Shown here one piece after another: positions 24,972 to 36,696 of a stretch of DNA of 64,000 nt. The position numbers and the translations under genes are program-made. The notes beneath the pieces are model-generated. The model was not told the DNA's origin, did not search any database, and saw only the letters and a program-made list of their open reading frames with translations. Source of the DNA: Blepharisma stoltei ATCC 30299. Its lineage: Eukaryota > Protista > Ciliophora. The number at the start of each line of letters is the position of its first letter. Within the stretch, counting starts at the first letter, position 1. The stretch is from positions 496,001 through 560,000 of the forward strand of contig CBFDEM010000039.1 in assembly GCA_965603825.1 (NCBI GenBank). Reading direction: 5' to 3'.

Positions 24972-25859
24972 CTAAAAGCCAAAGAACAGATCAGGATCAA
25001 TGTCCTCATCGTCAACCTCTTTGAACAAGCAAAGTGGCTCGGCGTTGATTTCCTCAGGTTCGCAGACATCAATGATTTCATCGATACCTTTCTCAACCAT
25101 CTTGTTTTGTGGCAGTGAAAAGTTCGACACATCATTGGTGCTTTCTACTGCAAGCCATGGCTCGATGCCAATATTATCAAACATTATTTTTTGGACATAA
25201 AATTTCAGCAATTTCCAGCTATTCATGCATTCTGAAGAATGCTGAGGAGCTCTGCAGCACCTTAACTTGAATTTTTTAGATAAAATGTCAGGATCGAATT
25301 CGGAAAATACGTACTCTGTATAATAAAAATAGGACTCTCTAACTTCAATTGGCTCGAAATATTTCCTGCAGAACTTTCCATTAAAGCTCTTTGGAAGACC
25401 ATCCTCTTCTGCTTTTCTCTTAGTTTTGCCATCTGTTTTCGGCCCTGCTTCAGTTTTGCTTTCTTGGCTTAATATGTTTTTATATTGGGTAAACGTTTTT
25501 GTGAGGCGATCCCAGAAGCTTTTGGCTTGAGCTGAAAATACATTTAAGGTCCTTTTGGGGATAATTCCTTTTTCTATTTGCCGGTTGACACGCTTATGGC
25601 CTCTTATCATTTTGCGTCTAAGGTACTCTTTCTTTGGAGGCTTTGGCTTAGATAGGCTTTCAAAGCGATTTAAAATTTTTGTGTCAGCAATTTGCTTTCT
25701 CCCTGTGGATTTTTTGGTGGAATAGAATTCCTCAGTTTCATGCTGGGATTCTTGAGAACTGAGTGGCTGGGGCTGTGGGAGATCTAAAAAGTCCCTGAAG
25801 TCGAAGTCGTTTAAGTGAAGCGAGGACGGGCGTGCAAAAGATTGATTGTTACGACTCAT
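24972..25859 (-). CDS. Same family, copy 2
   Basis: 295-aa ORF offset by 1108 bp from copy 1. Confidence 0.85.
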   Translation of the reverse strand: MSRNNQSFARPSSLHLNDFDFRDFLDLPQPQPLSSQESQHETEEFYSTKKSTGRKQIADTKILNRFESLSKPKPPKKEYLRRKMIRGHKRVNRQIEKGIIPKRTLNVFSAQAKSFWDRLTKTFTQYKNILSQESKTEAGPKTDGKTKRKAEEDGLPKSFNGKFCRKYFEPIEVRESYFYYTEYVFSEFDPDILSKKFKLRCCRAPQHSSECMNSWKLLKFYVQKIMFDNIGIEPWLAVESTNDVSNFSLPQNKMVEKGIDEIIDVCEPEEINAEPLCLFKEVDDEDIDPDLFFGF

Positions 25860-26110
25860 TGTACTTGTAAATATGAAATTATTAGATAAGTGATGTATTA
25901 AGGAAAATATATAATTTAGCCAATCTCATAGACAATCTATTTAATTTTTTTGATTATTTCGTATTTTTTAGCTTTGCTTAGCTAATAAAATAGAATTAAA
26001 TTAGAGAAAATTATTTATTATTATAATTGGGATTATAAATTAAGAGGGTAATAAATAGCTCACTATGCAATTAGTTAAATAAATTTTTAATTAGGGGGCT
26101 TAATAATTAA

Positions 26111-26938
26111 ATGGAAGATTACTTAGAAAGAATTCAACGCAGCTTTCCTTGGCATTACGACACTGGAGTTATTTCTTCATCAGAAGAGAGTCCCTTAATT
26201 GCAAACAAAAAAAATATTCTGAACGAAAAAATTAACCTTTTACTTGATGAATATAAATCTTACATTACTCAAGAAATAGCGGAAAATGCTGGAGACTTGC
26301 GAGAGTTGAGCCAGTTAAATGAGCAAATTTTTGAAATTCAAACTAGGGCAAAGATACATTGAGATGATTGCGGCGGCAGTCTTACTTGTAAATGACTGGT
26401 TGATCTACTTGCTTCAAAAATCCTGTACGTAAAAGATAAGGAAGACATTGACAAATTTGAGCGAAAAATTATTTTACAAAGTATTGAAGACATTTCTGAA
26501 TGAATCAAAACTTCAAGCCGCCCTGAGGTTTTCATAAGAATCATAGCTCGTTTGCCTATATTCAAGCAGAAATGCTTGGAAAGCTTATACAAATATCTCA
26601 TTGATAGGGAAATTTTAAACCATTTAGTTCAAATAAATTGCAAGGTACCGACACTTCATACTACTGAACGCAGCTTAAACTTTCTCAGTTTTTTGATAAC
26701 AATTTTCAGTTTCGTGAACCTATTAATATCTATTATAAACTCCAAAGAGGGAGAGAGTATTGGAATCATCATTTCTTCAGTTTTATTGATTATCTGGATA
26801 ATTTTTAGTATTTCCCTATTATATGATATAAAAAGCATCAGATCTTTCACAGTTATTTCTTTAAAGAATCCTTTTTCAAAATTGAGCAAAGAAGAAGTAC
26901 AAAAAGAAGAAAACGGTTTTTTAGGACAAATTAATTAA
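26111..26938 (+). CDS. Hypothetical protein with two C-terminal TM helices
   Basis: ORFs 26111 and 26552 are in one frame joined by three TGA=W codons. Confidence 0.7.
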
Positions 26939-27088
26939 TAGTTATATTTTAGTAATTCCTGTTTTTATTTGCTTATATTCTATATATTTAAATATGCATT
27001 AGGATTAATATATTTGCGCAATTGATTTATTTTTAATAATTTAATATTTATACAAGATATAAAACAACTTTAAAATTATATCTTTCAT

Positions 27089-27528
27089 TTATTCTTCTAG
27101 GCTCATTTATTATTTCCTGGATTCTCTCACTTCGAATTAGCCTATGAATTCTTTGAAAGGATTTTTTTGCCTCTCCTTTACAATTTAATCCGTATTCTTC
27201 CTGCCCTATCTCATTGCTAAATGACTCTCTAAACTTTTTGGTTTTTTTTCCATATAGAGAGAATCTAACAAATCGATTTCTTCATTAATATACTCAGATT
27301 TAGGGCGCATGCTAAGAGAGAGACTCGATAAGCATCCTTGAAATTTAATTTGAATTTTTTTGAATCCGGCATCTTCAGCGTCATAAAAATTAATAAATTT
27401 GGATTGCTTCAAAGTTTTGATGACATTCAAATGATGATTTTCAAAGCAATCGTCATCTTTTTTGCTTACATCATTTAAATTTTGATTAAAACTCTCATTC
27501 TCAGATAATTCATGATATCACTAAACAT
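27089..27528 (-). pseudogene. Frameshifted duplicate of 27604..28053
   Basis: Same start (MFSDIMNYLRMRV). A 1-nt loss in an A-run near 27490 gives an early TAA; a second frameshift lies near 27210-27240. Confidence 0.75.
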
Positions 27529-27603
27529 TTATTCCAATAAATTTAACAAGTTCTTTATTAAATATTTATATAAGATTTAAAGAACAACTTTAGAAATCTC
27601 ATT

Positions 27604-28053
27604 CTATTCTCTTCTAGCTATTATTTCAAAGAGTCTCTCAACTTCTCTAATATCTCAAATTAACTCATGAATTCTTTGAAAGGCTTTTTTTGTCTCTCCT
27701 TTATAAATTTTTAATCCATGTTCTTCTTGTCCTATCTCAATGCTAAATGACTCTCTAAACTTTTTGCTTTTTATCAAATAGAGAGATTTTAGCATATCGA
27801 TTTCTTCATTCATGTAATCAGAATCAGGGTACATGTTAATTGACTCGATAAACATAGTTGCAATTTGATTTGAAATTCTTTGGATGGCAGCATCTTCAGC
27901 GTCATAGCAATTAATAAATTTGGATTGCTTCAAAGTTCTGATGACATTCAAGTGATGATTTTCAAAGTAATCGTCATCCTTTTTGCTTATATTGTCGTTT
28001 GAATTTTGATTAAAAACTCTCATTCTCAGATAATCCATAATACCACTAAACAT
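27604..28053 (-). CDS. Hypothetical 149-aa protein
   Basis: ORF extends through TGA 27655 to TAG at 27604. Confidence 0.7.
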
Positions 28054-28450
28054 TTATTTATTATATTTAACAAGATATTCATTTAAAACAAGTGTTTCAG
28101 AGGATGCAAACATTTTGAAAAATCTCAAAAATAACTATATAATTGATTGAGAGATTTTATAGAGTGCACTAAGGCATTAATTGACTATAAATGAAGGCTT
28201 TATTTCATTTCGCAGTTTCCCTATTGAGAGCATAGGTAATTATTGCATCAGAAAATAAAGATAGTTAAATTAAAAATATAAGATATTGGGTAAATTTCTA
28301 TTTTAAAAAGCTATCATGGCTTCTATTTAGCAGCTTCCCTCAAATTTTTAATTTACTTCCATATTTTCTATTTAAAAAAACTAAAAATTTTCTTCAAAAA
28401 CTTTTTATAAAAGATAACTATTTAATTACATAATATTTATATATAAATAC

Positions 28451-29329
28451 TTACAATCCAAAGAACAGATCAGGATCAATATCCCCATCCTCCACTTCTT
28501 TAAACAAGCAGAAATCATCCCTAATATCCTGAGGAGAGCACACATCAATAATCTCATCAATCCCTTTTTCCACATTTCTTCCTGATGAAGCCGAGAAGCT
28601 TGAAGCATCAGTGCTTTCCAACGACATCCAAGGCTCAATCCCAATGTTGTCGAACATGATCTTTTGCACGTAAAACTTCAGCAATTTCCAACTATTCATA
28701 CACTCAGAAGTATGCTGAGGAGCTCGGCAGCACCTTAACTTGAATTTTTTGCACAAAACATCAGGGTCGAACTCTGAAAAAATGTACTCTGTGTAATAAA
28801 AATAAGACTCCCTCACCTGGATCGGCTCAAAGTATTTCTTACAGAACTTCCCATTAAAGCTCTTTTGTAGCCCGTTTTCTTCACAGGTGCGCTTTGATTT
28901 GCCGTCAGTCCTGGGTCCAGCTTCAGTCTTGCTTTCCTCACTTAGTATATGTCGGTAGAGGTGGAAGCATTTGGTCAGTTGATCCCAGTAACTTTGAGCT
29001 TTGTCTGAGAAAACATTTAATGTCTTCTGAGGAAGAGTCCCTTTTTCTATTTGTCGGTTGGCCCGCTTGTGGCCTCTTATCATCTTGCAGCGGAGGTATT
29101 CCTTTTTAGGAGGCTTTGGCTTGGAGAGGCTTTCAAAGCGGTTAAGGATTTTGGTGTCCACGATTTGCTTGCGGCCAGAGGTGGATTTTCGCCGAGTTGA
29201 AAAAGGCTCCTCAGTATCTACAAGGCCTTCAGGAACTCGGACTGGAGAAGGTTGAGGAAAATCCAAGAAGTCTCTGAAATCTAAGTCAACAAAATGCAAG
29301 GCTGTGTTGCTTGAAAATGACTGGTTCAT
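28451..29329 (-). CDS. Same family as 23864/24972, older copy 3
   Basis: 292 aa with long identical peptide blocks but diverged synonymous sites. Confidence 0.85.
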   Translation of the reverse strand: MNQSFSSNTALHFVDLDFRDFLDFPQPSPVRVPEGLVDTEEPFSTRRKSTSGRKQIVDTKILNRFESLSKPKPPKKEYLRCKMIRGHKRANRQIEKGTLPQKTLNVFSDKAQSYWDQLTKCFHLYRHILSEESKTEAGPRTDGKSKRTCEENGLQKSFNGKFCKKYFEPIQVRESYFYYTEYIFSEFDPDVLCKKFKLRCCRAPQHTSECMNSWKLLKFYVQKIMFDNIGIEPWMSLESTDASSFSASSGRNVEKGIDEIIDVCSPQDIRDDFCLFKEVEDGDIDPDLFFGL

Positions 29330-29509
29330 ATGTATAATTTTATATTAAGGATTAAGGACCTATTTATTATCTCGATAAAATTTGTTTTTTATTAGTAAAT
29401 GGATTTATATAGGAAAATTTAAAAAATTAAGAAAATTAAATTAAAAACTTAATAAGATTATCTTGTGATCAGTAATAAAAAAATTATAATTCCCATTTTT
29501 CTGATAAAG

Positions 29510-30604
29510 ATGAATTATGGAAAAATTAATATGGACGGGTTTTACTTAATCAGTAAGTCTGAATCTCCAAAGAAAAACACAGTCCTTGCAGGTTTTGCTA
29601 TTCTAGGACTAGCAGCCCTTGTAGGACTCTTCATGATAGTCAATACGCCTAATCATGAATCAACAATCCTCAGTCAATACAAAACTGAAGAGCAAGAATT
29701 TACTGATTATATGATAAAATTCAATAAAAACTACAACACAGACGAAGAATACCTCAAAAGATTCAAAATTTTCAGAGAAAACTCTGCCTTTATAAGGGTC
29801 CATAATTCTCTAGACAAAGACTGGACTCTCGGCATTAACCAGTTCGTTGATATGACACTTGATGAATTCCGTGAAATTTATTTATCAAATGAAATAACAG
29901 TCCCAGAAGAAGAGGAAACTGAAGATTTCCATAGAGAACACTATGAAAATGTAGAAGCGCCTACCTCGATTGACTGGAGATCAAAAGGGGCAGTTCAAGG
30001 CGTTAAATATCAAGGCCAGTGTGGAGGCTGCTGGTCTTTTTCAACTGTGTCAGCTGTTGAAAGCAGTTGGTTTATAGCAGGACATGGACTTCCTGACCTT
30101 TCTGAGCAGCAACTTTTAGACTGCGGAGGACCATTTGGAAATTATGGGTGTGCTGGCGGAAATATAGTATATGGATTTTCATATGTCCAGAAATATGGCT
30201 TGACCTCTGAAAGCATTTATCCTTACCAAGCTGCCACCAAGACTTGTAATACTTCAAAACAGTCTCAAAAAATTGCATCAATTAAATATGTGGTTAAAGT
30301 AACTGCAAATGATCCAAATGCCCTTATGGCAGCTGTAGCTGTAGCTCCTGTATCGATTGGGGCTCAGGCTGACCAAGCTGCTTGGATGTACTACAAAGGA
30401 GGAATCGTCACAGGCAGCTGCGGTATTGTTTTAAACCATGCAGTCAACATTGTAGGTTATAATAACGGGAATAACCCTCCATATTGGATTGTCAGAAATT
30501 CTTGGGGAAGCTGGTGGGGAGAAAATGGGTACATCCGCATTGCGATTTCAGGGGGAAATGGGATATGTGGAGTCAATATGATGCCGATGTATCCGGTAAG
30601 CTAA
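29510..30604 (+). CDS. Papain-family (C1A) cathepsin L-like protease with N-terminal anchor and I29 prodomain
   Basis: ERFNIN-like and GINQFVD prodomain motifs; QGQCGGCWSF, LNHAV and VRNSWG give an intact triad. Confidence 0.93.
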   Translation: MNYGKINMDGFYLISKSESPKKNTVLAGFAILGLAALVGLFMIVNTPNHESTILSQYKTEEQEFTDYMIKFNKNYNTDEEYLKRFKIFRENSAFIRVHNSLDKDWTLGINQFVDMTLDEFREIYLSNEITVPEEEETEDFHREHYENVEAPTSIDWRSKGAVQGVKYQGQCGGCWSFSTVSAVESSWFIAGHGLPDLSEQQLLDCGGPFGNYGCAGGNIVYGFSYVQKYGLTSESIYPYQAATKTCNTSKQSQKIASIKYVVKVTANDPNALMAAVAVAPVSIGAQADQAAWMYYKGGIVTGSCGIVLNHAVNIVGYNNGNNPPYWIVRNSWGSWWGENGYIRIAISGGNGICGVNMMPMYPVS

Positions 30605-30630
30605 TTAAAAAGCATTTATTCGAAAATATA

Positions 30631-32730
30631 TTAATTAAAATTTTTAGTTTTTGAAGTAAAGCTCTTTGAAGACACAGGAGTTTTCGGTGAAATTTCCCCT
30701 GAGAGTTTTTTATTATTTTGTATACTTTTTTCTGTCTGCTTTATCGAAATTATCTTTTTTTGAAGAGATCGTGGGGTCATAGGAGAAAATGCTGTTTGTG
30801 GTGTTTTTGGTTTTATGCTCATAGACATTGATGATGTATGTTTACTTCTTTTAGACCCAGGTGTCGATATATCAGTTGTCCTTTCATCTTTATCCATTTT
30901 TGGAATTACTCTATAGCTTTGAGACATTCTTCTCATCCTCATTATTGTATTCCCAACTTTACTAATATCTCTTGACACTGTATCTTTAGTAGAATCTGAT
31001 ATTTCAGGCGATAATGTCATTTGAGCTTTTAATAGCTCATCCTGATCCTCAGTTTTTTCTTGTCTATTACTTATAATTTCTATTAAGTTTCTCCCCAATT
31101 CCACACATTTTAAAAAATATTTTTGCAGAATATAATGAGATTCTGCAATTAAACTTGAAAAATCAGCTACTTTAAACCGTGATAAAAATGATTCAAGCAT
31201 TTTATTGTCACATACAAGTTTAACGATTTTGCATTGCTCAAAAAGGCTGAGAAATTTTGTTTGGCTCGCAAAATCACTAAAGTAATTTTTTATTTGTTTT
31301 TTGGATAAAGCAGTGTATTGGAAAATGTCATCAGATTGCAAAAATAAACTTTCGTGGGAAATTGTTAAGACAGGAGTTTTTGGGGTTCTTATACTCAATA
31401 ACTGTTTGCCTGCGCCGTTTTGTTCACCTTTAAAAAACCCTTTATTTAGCTTTTGTAATGCTATTTGTAGCCGATTTATATTTTCGTCAACATAAATGTC
31501 TTTTGACATTCCTTGAATTCTTTTTAAAACATTGATTAATCCTATGAAGATATCAATTGTTTTATAATACATTAAAATGCACAAATTATCATAATTTTCT
31601 ACTTTTTCTGCGTCCATTGAGACTTTTATATTAGGCTCTTCAACAAATTCTCTTTTGTTTTTTGGAATTTTTAGCAATTTGAGTTCGTGCTGCATTTCTT
31701 CGCATTCTTTTTCTTTTTGTTGTTGCTAATTATAATTTACAGTCTTAATTAACGAGAAATACTGCTCTTTTAGCATGTTGTCTTCTGAGCTTATATGTGT
31801 CATAAATTCTGATATATTTTTAATTATAATATCAGTAACTCCTTCATTAATATTCAGCGACGAATTTCATCTTTCTTTTAAAATCCTTATTAGAAATTAC
31901 TTCAAAATAACGGAAAACTGTGTGGAGAAGTTTTGCATATCTTCTTTTATTTTCGAAGATTTATTAGCTCTGGATTTGTGGTCTTGCTCTTCTCCTAGTA
32001 GTTGAAATAAATAATGATCATAGTGTTTAGAAGTCTCAAGTTTTTGGATTTCTGCATGAGTAATTGCCATAACTGCCTGCTGTATATGATTTCTGACTGA
32101 ATCTCTTAAATTCAATTTAATTTCATAAGCGTTATTGAATTTTCTGGTTTTTTCATGATGTTTTTCGCTTAATTCTTTTATTTCATCGTTAACCTTTTTA
32201 AGCTCAAATAGAGAAAAGTGCTTTAGTCTACTGCATTCTTCAAGTTTTAAGTTAGCGTCTTTATATTCACATATAGAATTGTGCGCTTTTTCTTGGAATA
32301 TTTTTAATTTTTTTTGGGTTTTGTTTATCATTCTTTCGTACATTAAGCTTTTTTCTTCTTCATCTTGGCTGGCTTTGTCTATATTTATGATTTTTTTATT
32401 TAAATCTTCGATTTGTTTTTTTTCTTGCTCGTTTTCATGATCGATAACGAAAATGCTGTTTGATTTTTTGAGACTTTTAATTTTATTTTTCAATTTTTTA
32501 ATTCTTTCAGCTTTTTCTTTATTTTCTGCCAAAAGTTTGTTTAACTCTCATCTAAGTCTTGGATTTTCTTTACAAGACCCTGATAAAGCTCTTCTATGAA
32601 AATTCTGATATTCGTTTTCTAAAGAATCCAAAGTTTTGCCAATTTCAGTCTTATATAATTGCAGCTTGCTCTCAGGAATTTCTGAGAAGTTGCAAAAACT
32701 TTTATAAGGAGATGAAGGATATTTTTCCAT
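30631..32730 (-). CDS. Coiled-coil protein, 3 exons
   Basis: TGA=W at 32548; 15-nt introns 31886-31900 and 31726-31740 join the ORFs in frame. Confidence 0.78.
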
Positions 32731-32740
32731 TTTTCTAATA

Positions 32741-33283
32741 ATGTATAGGTATAAATGGAATGAACTGCTTGCAGTTTGCTCATCAATGATTAGGCCGAAA
32801 AGGATACTGGAGAAACTAAAGATTTTGAGCCCTAGTAAAAATCAGACTTATGATGAAAATGGAATATGCATATTTTGCAGATATGCTCAAACAGGAGAAC
32901 GAATTATTTACGAAGATGAGCTCGTCGCAGCATTTGTTGACCGAAAAACAATTGCTAAAGACTATCTCCAAATTATTCCAAAACGCCACATCAAAAATAT
33001 ATATGATTTATCTCCCCAAGATATACCTTTACTTCTCCATATGTGAGATACTGGCCAGAGACTATTACAAGACCGTCACCCAAACCAAAAATATATATTT
33101 GGATTTCATGTTCCCCCACGTAACAGTATAGATCACCTTCATATGCACTGCATTGTTCCGCCAATAAAATCATTTTTTGGGAAAATTGTTCATTCCAATT
33201 ACTTTTGGCTTATGTCGCCTGAAGATCTTTTATTTAAGATTCAACATGAATCAACACGCAAGCCAAGAAAAATAAAAATATAA
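32741..33283 (+). CDS. HIT-family protein (HINT3-like)
   Basis: CIFC, IIPKRHI, and after TGA=W GFHVPPRNSIDHLHMH. The start could be a downstream Met (32786). Confidence 0.85.
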
Positions 33284-33298
33284 ATTAATAAAAATTAA

Positions 33299-33940
33299 AT
33301 GTTCAGAAAGCTGAAAGATGCCATAAACAATGTGAATACACAAAAGCTAAAAAGAGATGCTGAGGTCTTTAAAAAACGATTTCAATACAAAATGAACCAA
33401 AACAAACAGGAGCTCAAAAAGACTTGAAACATAGACCAATTTTATAAAAATTACGGACAATATATCCCAAATAAATCAAGCTATTCTAGATTAAATGAAT
33501 CATTAAAAGGATTTGAGGTCTGGTACACCAAAAAGCGGGACAAAGTTGTCAACTCTTTTGACAATTCAACGAAAAATACTGCAAAATCAGCCAAAAACTT
33601 CGGGATAAACTTTATCAAGACAGCACCCATCGTAATTGCTAAGGCATCAAAAACATTTTTCTATGACACAAAAGACTATGTAAAATCGTCTTACTCAGAA
33701 GGAAGAGCCCATATAAAAGATTATTTCAGAAAAAATCAAAAATATTTCAGCGCAATGAGAGAAAAATATTTTGGGTTTTTTAAAAGATCAAAGAGAAGTG
33801 TGCTTTTGCTGTTTGGAGCCACAGTATTTTTGTATGCTCTTGGGTCAAATATCCCAGGGGCTTATGCAAGCTATCAGATTAAAAAGAAACAGATTGAGCT
33901 TCAACAAGAACAATTAAATAAAAATTCAAATAATTATTAA
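33299..33940 (+). CDS. Hypothetical protein with C-terminal TM helix
   Basis: ATG 33299 is in frame with ORF 33755..33940 via one TGA. Confidence 0.7.
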
Positions 33941-34312
33941 ATGCTTAGCGCAGGGTTTAAATTTATATGCTGCACCACTGAAGATGACTCAGATAACCCT
34001 AAAATAGTATGAACTGAAAACTTATTAAGCTTGGAAAAGCTTCAATTAAGAGAAGAAAGGCTTAAGCTTAAGTTATCTACAACTTTTTTGTCATCCTCAA
34101 GGCTAGATCCAAGTGTCGATTACAAAAAGGAGTCTGATTTAAAAAAGCACAGAAGAATAAAAAGCTATGATGGGTTTAGGCAGTTTACTGATGCAAATTC
34201 AAGGCCTTCTACAGCTCCTCATATAAAAACAAGCCAAAAAGAAAATTTGGTGCATTCTTTGTATGTGCTAACCAGAGGATTAAATATAAAGTTAAGTGAT
34301 GTATTAGTTTAA
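33941..34312 (+). CDS. Hypothetical small basic protein
   Basis: ATG directly follows the upstream TAA; one TGA=W; possible stop-less intron at 34261-34275. Confidence 0.55.
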
Positions 34313-35203
34313 TTAATATTCTTTTGCTGTAGATAATGCTCGGCCTTTTCTTATATCAGGTATGGTCAATGGGCTTCCATTTAATTCGCTTTTTAATGAC
34401 CTCCTTCTTGATTCTAAATAATGATTGAGCCTTTTCTTTTCTTTTTTAATTTTCTTTTCCTTGTGCAGCAAAAATTCAAGTCTTTCGGATGCTACAGATT
34501 TGCTGATTTGGCTTTGATTGATTTTCTCTCGAACAAATTTTTTTGAAGGATGGAGATCGTCAACAATTGTGAAATATTTAAGATTTCTTAGCTGGTTTAT
34601 GCCTTTATTAAGCTTTTTAACTTGAGATGATAAAGCTCAGGATTCTTTTAGCTGGTTTTGAAGCTTCTGTTTTTGCATTTCTTTGAGTTTTAAGTCTTTT
34701 TCTAAAGAAAATAAGGCGTTTTCCAGCATAAACTTGTCCATTACTTCTTCTTTAGCCTTTTTCTCTTTCATAAGTTTATGATTTTCCTGGATTTGAGCGT
34801 CTAATTGGTTTTTAAATTCATATTTTTTCTCATTAATGGATTTTTCCATTGAATTTTCAATCGATTTTGCTGACCCATAACTTCTTGTAATATCTGGGGA
34901 TTCCCAATTAGATTCGTTCTTAATGCTCTGCCTTTTTTCTCTAATTTGTCCTTTAATAAATAACATATTTTCTATACGAAGGTCTTGCTGGCGTTTTTTC
35001 TCTCTTTCTGCTTTTTCTTTTTGCTGTAATCAATATCGTTTTAACTGTAAATTTGTGCTTTCTTCTTCACTTAAAGATTTATGCAGCTCTTCGACAGCAC
35101 GCTTGCATGCTTCAGAATAAGCAATCGCATTATGCTTACTGTGGTCAGCTGGTGAGTTTATCATTTTACATAGTTTTGCAAACCTTAGCTCAGTGTCTAC
35201 CAT
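34313..35203 (-). CDS. Coiled-coil hypothetical protein
   Basis: Open from ATG 35203 to TAA 34313 with TGA=W. Confidence 0.7.
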
Positions 35204-36063
35204 TTTCAGAAATATTAAATTAAAGTTAATATGATTATTCTGGAGAGGAATTATGCGAAAGAAATTCAGCTAGCTTTTGGATATTTTCAATTGTTCAGAT
35301 ACAGAAAATAACTGATTTATATAAATATTCATAATGGAAAATTATTTTATAAAACAGATATCATAAAATTTAATATTTATAGTTTTATTAAATATCTTTT
35401 TTTAAAATCACATAATAAACTCATTGTATTTTAAAAATAATAATTTATTAAATTTTTTTGATCATGAAACTTTAAATTGATGATGAATTCTAGAGAGCAT
35501 TGTATATGATTGCTTTACTTCATACCCTCTATAAGATAGTAAAATATTACCCTTCGAAAAGGGGCTATTTTTTTTTGATATTTGTTAAGAAGATTTCATA
35601 GCAATCAATATTCACAAAGATGAACACTTAAATTATAATTTCAGTAGAGTATTATATCTTTTCAAATAATAAGCATAATCTATTGCTAAAATACAATTAA
35701 TTTCTAGATTGCAAAGGGCTTTTAAATGAATAAATTTATTTCTGCCAAATAAAATTTATTTCTTCTCAAATTTCAATATCAATACATAGCTGATTGAAAA
35801 TTATCATTTATAAAGTACCAATAAAAATAATCCATCAATTAAAAATCATCAGAAAAATCCTAATTCCATACTTTTCTTTGAAATTTTCCATGCCGCTTTT
35901 CCTACATTAGAGTTCAGTTCTATAAAATAATTGTTCCTTTAAGATCTCTCAAGCTAGAAAACCTAAATAAAATAAGATGGGCTTCTTATTTTAATCAAAA
36001 CTGATTTTTCAAATTTGTCTTGAAAAAGTACTGAAAACCCCACGTGGAATAATAAATATAAAG

Positions 36064-36297
36064 ATGTCCGAAAAGCAAAATATTGTCTCATCTACTCTTT
36101 CAGACATGACAGAATTCGCCAAAGATAGCAGAAGATTATTAAACCGCTGCACAAAGCCTGACAAAAAAGGTAAAATTTAAGCAGAATATGTGAAAATTGC
36201 GACTGCGTGTGCTGTTGGATTTGCAGTCATGGGCTTTATTGGATTTTTCGTGAAGCTGGTATTTATCCCAATAAACAATATTTTGCTCACTCCTTAA
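36064..36297 (+). CDS. SEC61G: Sec61 gamma subunit
   Basis: [20 protein letters not shown]...[22 protein letters not shown] after removing the 15-nt intron 36170-36184; missed by the ORF track. Confidence 0.95.
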
Positions 36298-36696
36298 ACT
36301 TAATACAAATTATTCTTATATAAACTTTTAAAGGAGAATTAAGCTTCTGGTGCTTTGAAATAAGAAAATTGATAAAATTAAAGGAATTCTAATTGACAGG
36401 AATGATTATTAAGACCTGTGAATCATATAATAATTATAGATTAAAGAAGAGATTAAATTCAATAGAAAATTGTGAAGATATTCACGTTTTTGTGATATTT
36501 GCTTTATCTTGTTTCTCTTAGAATAAAATTATTACTATAAATTTAATTAAATAGTGGTAATAAGCCTTAAAAGATAATTTATTCACATATTTTAAGGCGC
36601 TATTTCAGGGATGCAAGCAATTATCAAAATATTAATTAAAAATTTGACTATGAAGCATTCCAGCAATAAAAAACTATACATTAACTTAAAATATAA

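Larger units (their letters stand above)
23855..26045. repeat. Recent tandem duplication, about 1.1-kb unit including upstream region
   Basis: CDSs nearly identical; upstream regions 24752-24960 and 25860-26045 still alignable. Confidence 0.85.

Noticed and set aside
34338-34350. CTCGGCCTTTT resembling the U2 snRNA 5' end
   Set aside because: Short match inside a CDS with no further U2 sequence.
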